Made by a program: the position numbers and the translations under genes. The notes under the pieces were generated by a model that saw nothing but the letters and a program-made list of their open reading frames with translations, had not been told where the DNA came from and ran no database searches. Shown piece by piece: positions 38,260-49,036 of a DNA stretch of 64,000 bases. The DNA is taken from the NCBI GenBank assembly GCA_963753345.1, contig CAVWBU010000027.1, positions 287,624-351,623 on the forward strand, read 5' to 3'. How positions within the stretch are numbered: the stretch's first letter is position 1; the number at the start of each line of letters is the position of its first letter. Origin of the DNA: an uncultured Fibrobacterota bacterium. GTDB lineage: Bacteria > Fibrobacterota > Chitinivibrionia > Chitinivibrionales > FEN-1185.

Positions 38260-39708
38260 ATGAACAAGTCCTCCCTCAGCAAACCTGCCGTCTGGTGCTT
38301 CACCACCTACTTTACAGAGGGCTTTCCTTTTGGCATCGTACGGATGATGTCGTCGGTGTTCTTCACCGACATCGGCATGCGCGAAAGATACCTCGGCTAT
38401 CTCAACGCGCTCGGTTTGCCGTGGAACGCCAAGTTCCTGTGGGCGCCGCTGGTCGATATCTTTGGCGGCAAGCGGCGATGGATGCAGGGCGTACAAGTTG
38501 CGGTCGTGTTCCTTACAGCAGTTGTCGCCATACTCTGTTTCACGGCGGGAAATGTCCACGGTCCCGTGCTGCCGGATTCAGTCTTTGTCTTCCTGTTTGT
38601 CATCATGGCGTTCGTCGCAGCAACCAACGACATCGTCATCGACGGCTATTACATGGAGGGGCTTACCGACCCCGGGCAACAGGCCGCCTACACGGGCTAC
38701 CGCGTCTTCGCCTACCGGCTGGCGCTCATTGCCGCAAAGTTCGGGATCATTTACACCGTCGGCATTACGGCCAAGGGCATCTCGGGCGGCGGCATGTACG
38801 CTGCCTGGGGCTATGGTTTCTCCGCCGCCGCCGCGGTCATGGGACTGTTCACCTTGTACCATCTGTTTGCACTTCCGAAATTCGATACCGCTCAAAAAAC
38901 CGGCATAACGGTCCGGAAGGCAGCCGGTGATTTCCTCACATCGTTTTCCTCCTATCTGGAAATATCGGAACGGAGATCGCTGTTCGCCCTCACGAGCGGC
39001 ATCGGCGCAGCCGTTGCAACGTTTGCCGTGCTTGTCCTGTGCAAATCCGACATTGTGCCTGCCATGAATTTCGGCATTCTCGCCCTTCTTGCGGTCCTTA
39101 CGGTGCAGGCAAAACCCGCAATCGCGCTCAGCCTTCTTTTCATCATCTGTTACAAAATCGGAGACGAAATAATTTTTTCCATGGGAACTCCGTTTCTCAA
39201 GCGTTACCTGCTCGTATCGAACATTCAACTGGCGTGGATGAGCGGTCTCCTGGGGTTGTTCGGTTCCATCGCCGGGACCACCATCGGCGGATTATGGATC
39301 AAGAAAACAGGCCTTAAAAAAGCGATCTGGCCGCTTACGCTGCTCATGAACGTCAACATTCTCGCGTATATATGGCTTGCATGGCAGCGGCCGTATGCAA
39401 CGGCGCTGTCCGGCATGCTTACCATAGGGACCGTATACTGTTACGAGCAGATCGCGGCCGGGCTCGGCAACGCCGTGCTCATTGTTTACATTCTGCAAAC
39501 ATGCAAGAAGGAATTTAAGGCTGGGCACTATGCGATCGGTTCGGCATTCATGTCGGTGTTCTCAACGATTTTCGGGACCTTCAGCGGGATCATCGTGGAG
39601 CGAATGGGATACACCAATCTCTTTCTCATCGGTTTTCTGGCCACCTTCCCGGCCATGGCGCTCATGTTCTTTGTGAAGATACGGGAACAGGAAGTTGTCC
39701 AACAATAA
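38260..39708 (+). CDS. MFS transporter, AmpG/PAT-family-like
   Basis: 482 aa with about 12-14 TM helices. The N-terminal block FTTYFTEGFPFGIV…LGLPWNAKFLWAPLVD resembles AmpG-type permeases. Confidence 0.75.
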   Translation: MNKSSLSKPAVWCFTTYFTEGFPFGIVRMMSSVFFTDIGMRERYLGYLNALGLPWNAKFLWAPLVDIFGGKRRWMQGVQVAVVFLTAVVAILCFTAGNVHGPVLPDSVFVFLFVIMAFVAATNDIVIDGYYMEGLTDPGQQAAYTGYRVFAYRLALIAAKFGIIYTVGITAKGISGGGMYAAWGYGFSAAAAVMGLFTLYHLFALPKFDTAQKTGITVRKAAGDFLTSFSSYLEISERRSLFALTSGIGAAVATFAVLVLCKSDIVPAMNFGILALLAVLTVQAKPAIALSLLFIICYKIGDEIIFSMGTPFLKRYLLVSNIQLAWMSGLLGLFGSIAGTTIGGLWIKKTGLKKAIWPLTLLMNVNILAYIWLAWQRPYATALSGMLTIGTVYCYEQIAAGLGNAVLIVYILQTCKKEFKAGHYAIGSAFMSVFSTIFGTFSGIIVERMGYTNLFLIGFLATFPAMALMFFVKIREQEVVQQ

Positions 39709-39737
39709 AAACGGAAGCTATATCGCTGATAGCTTCC
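39702..39737 (-). terminator. rho-independent terminator (serves the minus-strand lipoprotein gene; possibly bidirectional)
   Basis: 11-bp stem acggaagctat/atagcttccgt with a 7-nt loop. On the minus strand it is followed by TTTTTATT. It sits between convergent genes. Confidence 0.7.
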
Positions 39738-39762
39738 GTATAAAACCAACCCGACTTCTTAC

Positions 39763-40737
39763 CTATTTTACAAACAGCAACGACCGCGGAAACAGCGGAT
39801 TGCGAATCCGCTGCGGGTGATGGGCGCGCTGCTTGGGCAATGACTTGAGAAGACCGGGCTTTTCGTTGGCAGTCAAGAAATCATCCCACCAAGCAGGATA
39901 GTCATCGTCCGGACAAGTTTGCGGATTGGAATAATACGAATATGCAGCATGTGCGGCATTGCTACTGGTGAACGTCTCGGTATATTGCATTTGTGCATAA
40001 TTTGAGGCATTGGAGATAATCCACTGGATGCTGACCACTTCGTGGGTGACGTTCCCGGTCAAGGTTATCTTGTTTTCTCCGACTTTGTTGACGGTCACGT
40101 TGTAGAGCGCGCTGTCCGCAGAGGCGGGATCGCCAAATATAGAATAGTCCCATTCATCGCTAATGAATTCCGAGGCGTAATCGGGAGAGCCTGACATAAA
40201 GAGATTAATCTGCGAACCGGTGAACTGGTATTCCGCACCCATATCCAGCGTCATTGAATCTTCCATGGCTATTTCCGCGTTCAGCGAACTTACCTCGTCA
40301 GGCAGAAGCGTTCCCGAAATCACCTGATATGATTCCCCTGTATACTTCCAGAGCCCAATAATTCCCGTGCCGGTTCCTACTCTGGTAAGAACAGAGGAAT
40401 ATTCCACTACAGCTCCCGATGTGGTCATCGTATCCGTGGTCGCATTCAACAGCTTGAGGGTATTCCCAGTCAATTCGTAAACAGTGATGCCGGTGGATGC
40501 CTGAAACGTATCCGAATAGGAAACAAGTGAATCTCCCAAGCAGTACTTATCTGAAAAAATAGACTGTGCCGAGGTGGTAAAAACCGTGTCGCCGCTGACG
40601 GTGTAAGTAACGGTGTAATCGTTTACTTTGAAGCCGGAAGGGCCGGTCGGATTGTTGTTTCCCTTACCGCAGGTGAGGAAAATGGCAAGAACCGGAATTG
40701 TCGCGACTGCGAAGCTCCTTGCGAGCGATGTTTTCAT
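39763..40737 (-). CDS. lipoprotein, unknown function
   Basis: Signal peptide plus lipobox FLTC. The mature part is Thr/Ser-rich and beta-rich. I recognise no family. Confidence 0.6.
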   Translation of the reverse strand: MKTSLARSFAVATIPVLAIFLTCGKGNNNPTGPSGFKVNDYTVTYTVSGDTVFTTSAQSIFSDKYCLGDSLVSYSDTFQASTGITVYELTGNTLKLLNATTDTMTTSGAVVEYSSVLTRVGTGTGIIGLWKYTGESYQVISGTLLPDEVSSLNAEIAMEDSMTLDMGAEYQFTGSQINLFMSGSPDYASEFISDEWDYSIFGDPASADSALYNVTVNKVGENKITLTGNVTHEVVSIQWIISNASNYAQMQYTETFTSSNAAHAAYSYYSNPQTCPDDDYPAWWDDFLTANEKPGLLKSLPKQRAHHPQRIRNPLFPRSLLFVK

Positions 40738-40859
40738 CGAGCGCCCTGCCTTTCACGTGAATGGTTGATACAATTTTGCAGGCATATGTCAAATGGTAAC
40801 ATTGCGCTAATCGTTAGTCAATGATCGTCTGAACAGGGATTGACTTTTGAAAATACGCC

Positions 40860-42821
40860 CTACTCCCCCGCCTTTTTCGGCTGCGGCTCCACCCTCATTT
40901 CCTTGGTCTCGCCCGACTTGATGGTCACGATCTTCTGGTACGGCGCAAACCCCGGACGCTTGAACAGGACGATATGATCCCCTTCCGCCAGAGCGATCGG
41001 CGCGGAAGTCGGCGTGTTTCCCTTCATCTCACCGTCAACGTATATCTCCGCCGCGATGTCCGAGTATATCTGCAGCGCCCCGGGTTTCTTTGCCGGCACC
41101 ATGAGATTGAGCATGACAAAATGGGTGTCGTTGCCCGCCACCGTGACAATTGCCATGGCGGGAGTAAGGCCGTTGGCCGAGCCGGTGAATTGATGCACGC
41201 CTTTTGCAAGCCACGCGCCGTCGCTTCTCTGGTCAAGCGTCATGGTCGTGGCGTTGTCGATTTTCACTTCCGCATACACCGGATTCACTTCAACGCGAAC
41301 AAGGCCCTGTTCCGAAACAAGAACCTGGGTGCGCGCATGTGCGCTGTCCCGGGAGAAATGCTGTGTCGACGCAGGCGCGCCGGAATCCCGTGGGCCGTAC
41401 AACGTTACTCCTGCCGGAGCGTTGCCGTTGGCAAGTGTCCGAACGTGTTGCGTGTCGGGCTGCTTATTGGCTGGAGGGGCGGCAGCGCTTTGTTCCGGAA
41501 GATGCGAAACCGAAATGCCCGATGGATGAGTCGACAGCATGTTGTGGACCGCGTCAAACAGACGCACGATCACCCCTCCGTCAAACAGTCGTGACGCGGT
41601 AGTAATGAATGTTCCCGGCCTCCACACATAAAAGGAAACAAGGCCGGCTGCAACCACCGCGGCGAGAAGCGCGGCCGTCAAGAAGAATGTCTTTAAGCCC
41701 CTGCCCTGCCTGCGCTTTGAACGGACCTGGGTCACGACATACTTCTGCACCTTTGCGGTCCTGGCGGTAAGCGTGGTGACCGCGAGATCTTCCGCCTTCT
41801 TGACAGCATGCGAGATCTCCCTGTTCTTCGGATCGCGTTTCTGCGCTTCCCGGTAATGCGCGAGCGCGGTCGCGTGCTTTTCCGCCGCAAAGTACTCGTT
41901 TCCCTTTGTTAAGTAGTAGCGCGCCAGCGACGTTCGCAGATCCGCGATCGTGCCGTTTCTGTCGGCAAAGTACCTTCTGATCATGTCAACCGGATCACGA
42001 ACGCCGAGGTCGAAGAAATGATCCTGAAGCGCCTGAATGAGCGGGCCGAGCGTGGCAAGCCTCTTGGCGTGGTCTTTCTCCAGGCAGGCATGCAGCTGCG
42101 CGGCAAGGTTGGGCGGCAGAGTCTTGTCGATCTCTTCGGCGGACTTTTCCTTGTTCTGGATAATGTTGATGAGCGTGGAAGGAACGTTCTCTCCCGTGAA
42201 AGGGAATTCGCCGGTGATGAGCCTATAGAGAATCACGCCGGCGGCCCAGATGTCCATGCGCGGATCCTTGGACACCTCCCCGTTCACGAGCTCGGGAGAC
42301 ATATACACCGGCGTTCCCACAATGGCGCCCGTGGAGGTGAGCTGCGCCGAGTGCGCTCCCGCATACGCAAGCCCGAAATCCACCACCTTCACCGCGCCGC
42401 CGTTTCCCACCAGGATGTTTGCCGCTTTCACGTCGCGGTGCACCACCCCCTTCTCATGCGCATAGGCAAGCCCGCGCAGCGCCTGATGAAGGATCATCAT
42501 GCCGATTTCCCTCGGAAACTTCTCGTCCTGCAGAAGCTGGTCGAGGTCCGATCCGTCAACATACTCCATGGCGATGTAGAAGGAACCCTTTTCCTCGCCG
42601 AAGTCGTAAATGCGGATGATGTTGTCGTGGGAGAGCGACGCGCCCGCCTGCGCCTCGTTTTCAAATCGCTTGATCTCGTTTTTTGTGGTGACAAGGCCCG
42701 CGGCCATTTCCTTGATGACAACCTGACGCCTGAGGGAAATCTGCGTGGCAAGGTAAAGCCTGCTCATGCCGCCTTTGGCGAGCTCCCTAATATCGGAATA
42801 GTCTTTGAGTGTAAAGGGCAT
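40860..42821 (-). CDS. Hanks-type Ser/Thr kinase - TM - PEGA domain protein
   Basis: VVIKEM, HRDVKAANIL, DFG and GTPVYMSPE. A central TM helix (FFLTAALLAAVVAAGLVSF). C-terminal PEGA pattern: IYSDIAAEIYVDGEMKGNTP…GDHIVLFKRPGF. Confidence 0.9.
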   Translation of the reverse strand: MPFTLKDYSDIRELAKGGMSRLYLATQISLRRQVVIKEMAAGLVTTKNEIKRFENEAQAGASLSHDNIIRIYDFGEEKGSFYIAMEYVDGSDLDQLLQDEKFPREIGMMILHQALRGLAYAHEKGVVHRDVKAANILVGNGGAVKVVDFGLAYAGAHSAQLTSTGAIVGTPVYMSPELVNGEVSKDPRMDIWAAGVILYRLITGEFPFTGENVPSTLINIIQNKEKSAEEIDKTLPPNLAAQLHACLEKDHAKRLATLGPLIQALQDHFFDLGVRDPVDMIRRYFADRNGTIADLRTSLARYYLTKGNEYFAAEKHATALAHYREAQKRDPKNREISHAVKKAEDLAVTTLTARTAKVQKYVVTQVRSKRRQGRGLKTFFLTAALLAAVVAAGLVSFYVWRPGTFITTASRLFDGGVIVRLFDAVHNMLSTHPSGISVSHLPEQSAAAPPANKQPDTQHVRTLANGNAPAGVTLYGPRDSGAPASTQHFSRDSAHARTQVLVSEQGLVRVEVNPVYAEVKIDNATTMTLDQRSDGAWLAKGVHQFTGSANGLTPAMAIVTVAGNDTHFVMLNLMVPAKKPGALQIYSDIAAEIYVDGEMKGNTPTSAPIALAEGDHIVLFKRPGFAPYQKIVTIKSGETKEMRVEPQPKKAGE

Positions 42822-42970
42822 GGTTCAAGGTTGTTCCGTGAAATGAATGCTTTATCGGCAGCCGAGAGTGCGGCCGGTTCGTCCAGTGATTATACTCTAC
42901 GCGTGCTCCGTGAGTCAAACAGCGCACCGCGCCGCCCGCGTTACGAACACCGCTTTTGCAGCCCGGCCGC

Positions 42971-44405
42971 CTACTTTGTAAAGAGCACGCCGACCTTGCG
43001 GAGGCTCTGCGTGAAGTTGCCCCACGACCGGAAGGAGCGCAGCAGCATCATCCAGAGATAGCCCGGCCTCCGGTAGTACCTGCGGTAAAACGTGGACAGA
43101 GAGCGGTTGATCGCCTCGTTTGACAGATGCGGCAACTCAACGGCCGAATGGTGAACGCTGTCGTGTTTGTCCCAGTCCTCGGTGAGGAGGCAGTTGTTGT
43201 CCTTGAGCAGCTTGTAGTAATCGGTGCCGGGCAGCGGCGTGGGCGCCGACACCTGGGTGAATTCCGCGTTGAGTTCGAACGCAAACCGCACGGATTCCTC
43301 CATGGTCTTCCACGGTGTCCCAGTAAAATCCCAGCATGATGCAGTTGAGCACGTCGAGGCCGTGTTTCTTGGCGATGGCCACTCCCCTGCGGATCTCGTC
43401 CTTGGTGGTGTTCTTTCGCATGTGTTTGAGCACGTCCTCGTTGCCGGACTCAACTCCGTACAGCACCATGCGGCAACCGGACTTTTTGAGCCAGAACGCC
43501 ATTTCCTCCGTCATGAGCTGGGCGCGCGCCTGAACCGAATACAGAACGTTCACCTTCCGCTCCACCATGAGTTTGCATATGTCAATCACACGAGAACGGT
43601 CGATGTTGAACGTGTCGTCGTCGATCCGTATCTCCCGCACGCCGCGGTCGTTCACAAGGTATTCAATCTCGCGCACCACGCGTTCCGGGGACATGGCGCG
43701 GAACTTGTGCCCGTAAATGGTCTGTGGATACGAACAGAAAATGCAGCTGAACGGACACCCGCGCGAGGTGATCATGGTCGCGGCCGGAAACGCCACGAAC
43801 ACGCTCTCGTAGAATTTGCGCAGGTCAAGAAGGTCGTACGCGGGAATGGGAAGCCCGTCGAGGTCGGCTATGGGCTCGATATCGGGGTTCACGCGCACCG
43901 CGCCCGTTTGTTCCTTCCAGGTGAGCCCCTTGACGTTTGCGAGGTCCATGCGGTCCGCGAGCGCTGCCAGAAGTTCACCTACCGAATAGTCCCATTCCTT
44001 GCGCAGGATATAATCGACGCACGCCCGCTTTATCTCGTTCTGGTGGAGCGCGGTCACAAACGGCCCGACCCAGACCACGGCAGCGGCCCCGTCCTTGGCG
44101 TGCCTGCTCACCTCCCAGGCCACAGGCGCGTTGATGTGCTCGACCATGATGACAAGCACATCAGGCTTTCTCTTCGAGATTTCCCGTTTTGTCCCGGCGA
44201 GATCGAGCCGTTGCGTGGGACAGTGCAGGTATTCAACCGCATGGCCCGAATTTCGCAGCACCGCGGCGCATGACAGGTTCTGGTAACTGTAAACCTGCTC
44301 GCCCGTTTCGTTGAGACACGGATGGCGCCTGCCGGCCTTCGATACCTTCGAAGCAACGGTCCAGTCAAGAGTCGGTGGCGGTTCAACAAAGAGGATTTTC
44401 GACAT
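42971..44405 (-). pseudogene. B12-binding-domain radical SAM protein, paralogue 3; single frame break in an A4/T4 run at 43325-43328
   Basis: MSKILFVEPPP…, TSRGCPFSCIFC (CxxxCxxC). Deleting one T restores …IMLGF|TGTPWKTMEESVRFAFELN…, which joins ORFs 43137-44498 and 42971-43453. Confidence 0.8.
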
Positions 44406-44578
44406 TAGGCTTTCTAAGGGAATCAGTCGACAATGACCCAGACATGACCCCGGCGAATTTTCCAATGGCCCGGCACCCATTCGTACCGGTGAAACCACGG
44501 CCGCCGCCGGTAGTCCTTACCTAAAAAAATACATCGCTCCGGACAACTTTTTCAACCGGCTGCAACGGACCTCAGACG

Positions 44579-44621
44579 ATGCGGGCGCTCTTCCGTCAAT
44601 CAAACGAAAGAACGCCCGCAT
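44579..44621. other. strong intergenic stem-loop between the RND and rSAM genes
   Basis: The arms atgcgggcgctcttc and gaaagaacgcccgcat form 9 + 4 bp with one mismatch and a 12-nt loop. There is no flanking T-tract on either strand. Confidence 0.5.
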
Positions 44622-44645
44622 TCCGCCATGAGCAACACAACCCGT

Positions 44646-47600
44646 TTACGAAAGGGCAGCCTGTTTCCTCGATTTTGCCTTTGCCCGCCAGTTCTCCCAC
44701 GCGTAGTAGAAGGTCGGCGTAACCACGAGTACGAGCAGCGTATTAAAAAGCAGCCCCCAGAAAATCGCCCAGGCCATGGGCGCCCACCACTGGGTCGTTG
44801 CGGAGCGCGTCACGACTCCCAGGTGAATGAAATCGAGTCCTACACCGGTTGCGATCGGCAGCAGCCCGATCATGGCGGTAATGGCCGTGAGGAGCACAGG
44901 GCGCAAGCGCGTCGCCCCTCCCTCGATAACGGCCTCGCGCAGAGGCCGACCGCTCTTTCTGAGCCTGTTCATGAAATCGATAAGTACGATGCCGTTTTTT
45001 GCCACCACGCCTGCAAGGGCGATGATGCCCACGCCGCTCATGAGGATCGCGAACGTCACGTCTCGGAGGTCAGCCTTGCCTCCGGTGATCAAATTGACAA
45101 ACGCGCTGAATTCATTAGTGATAAGGAGTCCCCAGAAGACACCGCCGAGCGAAAGCAAAATCCCGATCAGGATCAGAAGCGGCTGAAACAGGGAATTGAA
45201 CTGGAACACCATGGTCAGAAACACCAGGCCCATTGCCACGAAGAACGCCTTGATGAGAAAAGCCTGCGATTCGGCCTGCATGCGGTTGCCGCTTCCCGGA
45301 CGGATGGTGTAGCCGAGCGGCGGTCTTACTTTTTTGACCGCAGTCATTGCCAGTTTCTTGGGCCCCCGCTCGTCTTTCTGGCCCGGAGCAAGCTCCGCAG
45401 TGACCAGCACGGTACGCTTCCCGTCGACATGCTTGATGGATAAGATATTGGCGCCCTGGGTGATGGTGGCCACGCTCGTGAGCGGCGCTTCCTTGTTGTC
45501 CTTGGAAATAACGATTTCATTGAGGCCATTGAGGTTTTCCCGAACGGCCGGCCCAAGCCGCACCATGATCTTGTATTCGTCCTTGCCCACGCGGTACTTT
45601 CCCGCTTCGTTTCCGTAGATGGCGCCGCGCACCGCGGAGGCAACATCGAGCGTGGAAAATCCCAGACGTTTTGCCTGTTCCCGGTCGACGTTGACGCGGA
45701 TCTCCGGCCGCGCCGGATCGTAGTCGGTAATAACATTTGTCAATCCAGGCACTTTTTGCACGAGACTTCGTATGCTGTCCGCAAGCATGCTCAGCTGCTG
45801 ATAATCGTCGCCGCTCACCTCAAGTTCCACGGGTTTTCCGGTCGGCGGGCCCATTGCCTGTTTGATGACCTGCAGTTTCCATCCGGGAACCAGTTGGGGA
45901 AGCGTGTCTTCCAGCCAGGTCATGGTTTTGTACGATGACACCTCCCGCTCCTCAAAATCCTTGAACACGATGTCGAGGTACCCCTTGTTGCTTTCAACCT
46001 GGCTGGTCGTCATCCGCGAGGATTTGCCCGAGCCGACGATAGTGCTCACGGTCTTGACCGAAGAAACACTGGCGGGCATGGTCATGGCTATGCGCTCGGG
46101 AGTCCTGATGACGGAGTCGGTGATGGCAATGTCCTGAGATATGGGGCCTTCGATCTGGACAGACGCGACATCCGGCTCGATGACCGGGAAGAACACCACG
46201 CCCGGACCGAATATCATATACATAAAGATGCCGGATATTACAAACGCGATGCAGAAAATGGCAAGAATTATCGGATGGTTGAGTGCACGATGCAGAAGCT
46301 TCCGGTAGAGGTCCTTGAAATGTTCGAACCCGCCTTTGGATCCACCGCCTTCCAAACGGAGCGCTTCCTTATTATTCATCGTGAGCGAAGCAAAGACCGG
46401 ATTGAATATGAACGCGACAAACAGGGAGCCGGACAGTGTGATGCTCACGGTGATGGGCAGGTATTTCAAGAATTCGCCCATGATACCGGGCATGAACAGC
46501 ACCGGCGAAAAAGCCGCAATCGTGGTGAGCGTCGCCGTGAACACCGGCACCATAACTTCCCTGGTGCCGTCGAGTGCGGCCTGGAACCGTGGTTTCCCCA
46601 TACCCAGGTGACGGTAGATGTTTTCCACCACCACGATGCCGTCGTCAACCAGCATGCCGAGGACCATGACAAGCGAGAACAGAACGACCATGTTGAGCGT
46701 GACGCCCATGTAGCTCAGCGCAATGAAACCCATTGCCATGGAAAACGGTATGGCCGTGGAGATGAAAAGCGAGTTGCGCACGCCCAGGAAGAAGCTCAGC
46801 ACCAGGAGCACCAGGATGATGCCCATGAGCAGGTGGTTCTGAAGCTCATCAACCATCTGGCGTATGTTTTTCGACATATCGTAGGTGATTTCGTAATGCG
46901 TGCCGGCCGGCCAGTGCGCCTTGTCTTCATTGAGAATTTGTTTCGCCTCGTCCACGATGCGCACGATGTCTTCGCCGGTTCGTTTCGCCACAGTCAACGT
47001 AAGAGACGGCTTGCCGTTGGTGCGCGAGATGGACTGTCGGTCCCGCGTGTAGGTGAACGCGACATGCGCCACGTCTCTCACGCGGATCATCTTGTTGTTC
47101 ACTGAGCGCACGATCAGGTCGTTGAACTGAGACGGGGCGGTAAGTTCGCCGGTGACCCTTATGGAAAACCGGAAGCCGGAGGCGATCATGGTGCCGCCCG
47201 GCACATTTACATGCTGGGTTGAGATGGCCTTGGAAATGTCCGATAAAGTCAACCCGTACTGCTCCAGAAGCGCAGGATCAACGTCGACGGCGATTTCCTT
47301 GTCCCGTTTGCCCTGGACCTTGGCCTCCAAAACGCCCGGAATCTTCGCCATGCGGTCCTTGAGGTTATCGGCGAGCGATTCGAGGCGTTCCAGGTCGTAG
47401 TCGGAATAGAGCGCAATGTTGACAATGGGAATCGAGCTGATATTCAATTCCTGGGTGATAGGTTCTTCGGCGTCAGGCGGCAGATCACCTTTGGCCTGGT
47501 CCACCTTGTCCTTGACGCGACGCAACGCATCCTCCACCTTGACCGTCGGCTGAAATTCCAGGAAGATGTTGGAGAAGCCCTCATTGCTCGAACTCGTCAT

Positions 47601-47831
47601 TTCCTTGACGCCGTCGACGCCGTCGAGCTTGTCCTCGATTTTCTGCGTGATGAGGTTTTCCACCTCGGGCGGGTTGGCGCCCGCGTATACGGTGGTGACG
47701 TAGATGTACGGTATCTTGATTTCGGGGAACGATTCCCGCTGCATGCCCGCAAAGCTCATCAGGCCGACGACGAAAAGGAGCACGGCCAGGACGATAACCG
47801 ATACGGGGTTCTTAAGTGCAAATTTGGTCAT
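44646..47831 (-). CDS. RND-family efflux pump inner-membrane subunit (AcrB/HAE-type)
   Basis: 1061 aa, intact. 12-TM, two-large-loop organisation with typical N-terminus MTKFALKNPVSVIVLAVLLFVVG. Confidence 0.93.
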   Translation of the reverse strand: MTKFALKNPVSVIVLAVLLFVVGLMSFAGMQRESFPEIKIPYIYVTTVYAGANPPEVENLITQKIEDKLDGVDGVKEMTSSSNEGFSNIFLEFQPTVKVEDALRRVKDKVDQAKGDLPPDAEEPITQELNISSIPIVNIALYSDYDLERLESLADNLKDRMAKIPGVLEAKVQGKRDKEIAVDVDPALLEQYGLTLSDISKAISTQHVNVPGGTMIASGFRFSIRVTGELTAPSQFNDLIVRSVNNKMIRVRDVAHVAFTYTRDRQSISRTNGKPSLTLTVAKRTGEDIVRIVDEAKQILNEDKAHWPAGTHYEITYDMSKNIRQMVDELQNHLLMGIILVLLVLSFFLGVRNSLFISTAIPFSMAMGFIALSYMGVTLNMVVLFSLVMVLGMLVDDGIVVVENIYRHLGMGKPRFQAALDGTREVMVPVFTATLTTIAAFSPVLFMPGIMGEFLKYLPITVSITLSGSLFVAFIFNPVFASLTMNNKEALRLEGGGSKGGFEHFKDLYRKLLHRALNHPIILAIFCIAFVISGIFMYMIFGPGVVFFPVIEPDVASVQIEGPISQDIAITDSVIRTPERIAMTMPASVSSVKTVSTIVGSGKSSRMTTSQVESNKGYLDIVFKDFEEREVSSYKTMTWLEDTLPQLVPGWKLQVIKQAMGPPTGKPVELEVSGDDYQQLSMLADSIRSLVQKVPGLTNVITDYDPARPEIRVNVDREQAKRLGFSTLDVASAVRGAIYGNEAGKYRVGKDEYKIMVRLGPAVRENLNGLNEIVISKDNKEAPLTSVATITQGANILSIKHVDGKRTVLVTAELAPGQKDERGPKKLAMTAVKKVRPPLGYTIRPGSGNRMQAESQAFLIKAFFVAMGLVFLTMVFQFNSLFQPLLILIGILLSLGGVFWGLLITNEFSAFVNLITGGKADLRDVTFAILMSGVGIIALAGVVAKNGIVLIDFMNRLRKSGRPLREAVIEGGATRLRPVLLTAITAMIGLLPIATGVGLDFIHLGVVTRSATTQWWAPMAWAIFWGLLFNTLLVLVVTPTFYYAWENWRAKAKSRKQAALS

Positions 47832-47935
47832 TCAATTCTCTCCTGAGACATGCACAACCTAGGTGCATCCTTGAACTGTGTTTCCTTCTCCCTATGGGAG
47901 AGGGGGAAACAGGAATCAATCAGCTATGGAAATAT

Positions 47936-49006
47936 CTAGAACAGAACTTTTGTCCCATCGCTCACCTGGAACGCGCCGGTAACCACGAGCTTGTCGCCCT
48001 GATGGAGACCGTCTTTGATAAGCGAGCTGTCCTCGCTGGTCGCTCCGATCGAAACCTTCCTCTGCCGGGCGACGCCGTTTTCGACGACCATGGCGCAAAC
48101 GCCGTTCTGCAAACGCACCAGCGCCGAAGACGGGACCACAACGGCATGGTCATACCGGTGCCGAAGAATGCGTGCGCGGCCCACCATGCCCGGCTCAAGC
48201 ATTCCGTCATGATTGGTCAACACGATGCGCGCCGTTACGGTACGCGACTTGGCGTCCACGGCGCGGTCCAGGCTCATGAGGCGGCCGTCAAAGGCAATGT
48301 CGGGATGCTGGAGTAGCCGGAATTCCGCTTTCATCCCTTCTTGGTACCCGAAGGCCTCGGCTTCCGGTATCGCGATGTCCGCCTCGAGCCGGTCAATGCG
48401 GGATACACGGATCGTGGAAACGCCGGGAGCGACTGTCTGGAATCCGTCAATGGATCGGCTCACAAGCATTCCGTCGAAGGGTGCCTGGCACTGGCAGTCC
48501 TCCCACGCGCGCTTTGCTGTGGCCAGCAGCATCTTTGCATTCTGGTAGGCAAGATTGGCAGCGTCCACGGCCGAGCGCCCGAGTGAACCGTTCTGCACAT
48601 TGGCGGTAGCCCGGTCCAGATCGCCCTTCGTGACAGCGACCTGCGCCCTGGCGGCTTCGAGCGCGGAACCGTACTTGTCGCCGTCGATATCACACAACGA
48701 CTCGCCCGCCTTGAACCGGGTGCCGACGGTCCTGATGGAATTAACGCGGCCGCCCTGGGCGGGCGCAACCAGGTTTGCGTCTTCGATGCCGCGCAAATCG
48801 GCCGAGTAGCTGCCCCAGTCTTCAAACGGGCCTTCGTTGACATCCGCAACAACGACTTTGACCACTGCGGAATCGGCGGAATGCCGGGAGTCTGGGCCAT
48901 GCTTTGTCGTGTCTTTCCCGTTGCAACCCATGCTTGCGGCGCATACGATAATGCACAGTGTGCCCGCAGCCGATGTGGTAAGAATCTTCAACGTGCGTGC
49001 AATCAT
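47936..49006 (-). CDS. RND efflux periplasmic adaptor (membrane-fusion protein, HlyD family)
   Basis: Lipobox SMGC. Coiled-coil hairpin and beta-barrel segments. Positioned between the OMF and RND genes. Confidence 0.88.
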   Translation of the reverse strand: MIARTLKILTTSAAGTLCIIVCAASMGCNGKDTTKHGPDSRHSADSAVVKVVVADVNEGPFEDWGSYSADLRGIEDANLVAPAQGGRVNSIRTVGTRFKAGESLCDIDGDKYGSALEAARAQVAVTKGDLDRATANVQNGSLGRSAVDAANLAYQNAKMLLATAKRAWEDCQCQAPFDGMLVSRSIDGFQTVAPGVSTIRVSRIDRLEADIAIPEAEAFGYQEGMKAEFRLLQHPDIAFDGRLMSLDRAVDAKSRTVTARIVLTNHDGMLEPGMVGRARILRHRYDHAVVVPSSALVRLQNGVCAMVVENGVARQRKVSIGATSEDSSLIKDGLHQGDKLVVTGAFQVSDGTKVLF

Positions 49007-49036
49007 AATCCCTCCGGAGTTCTATTACGCAATTGT

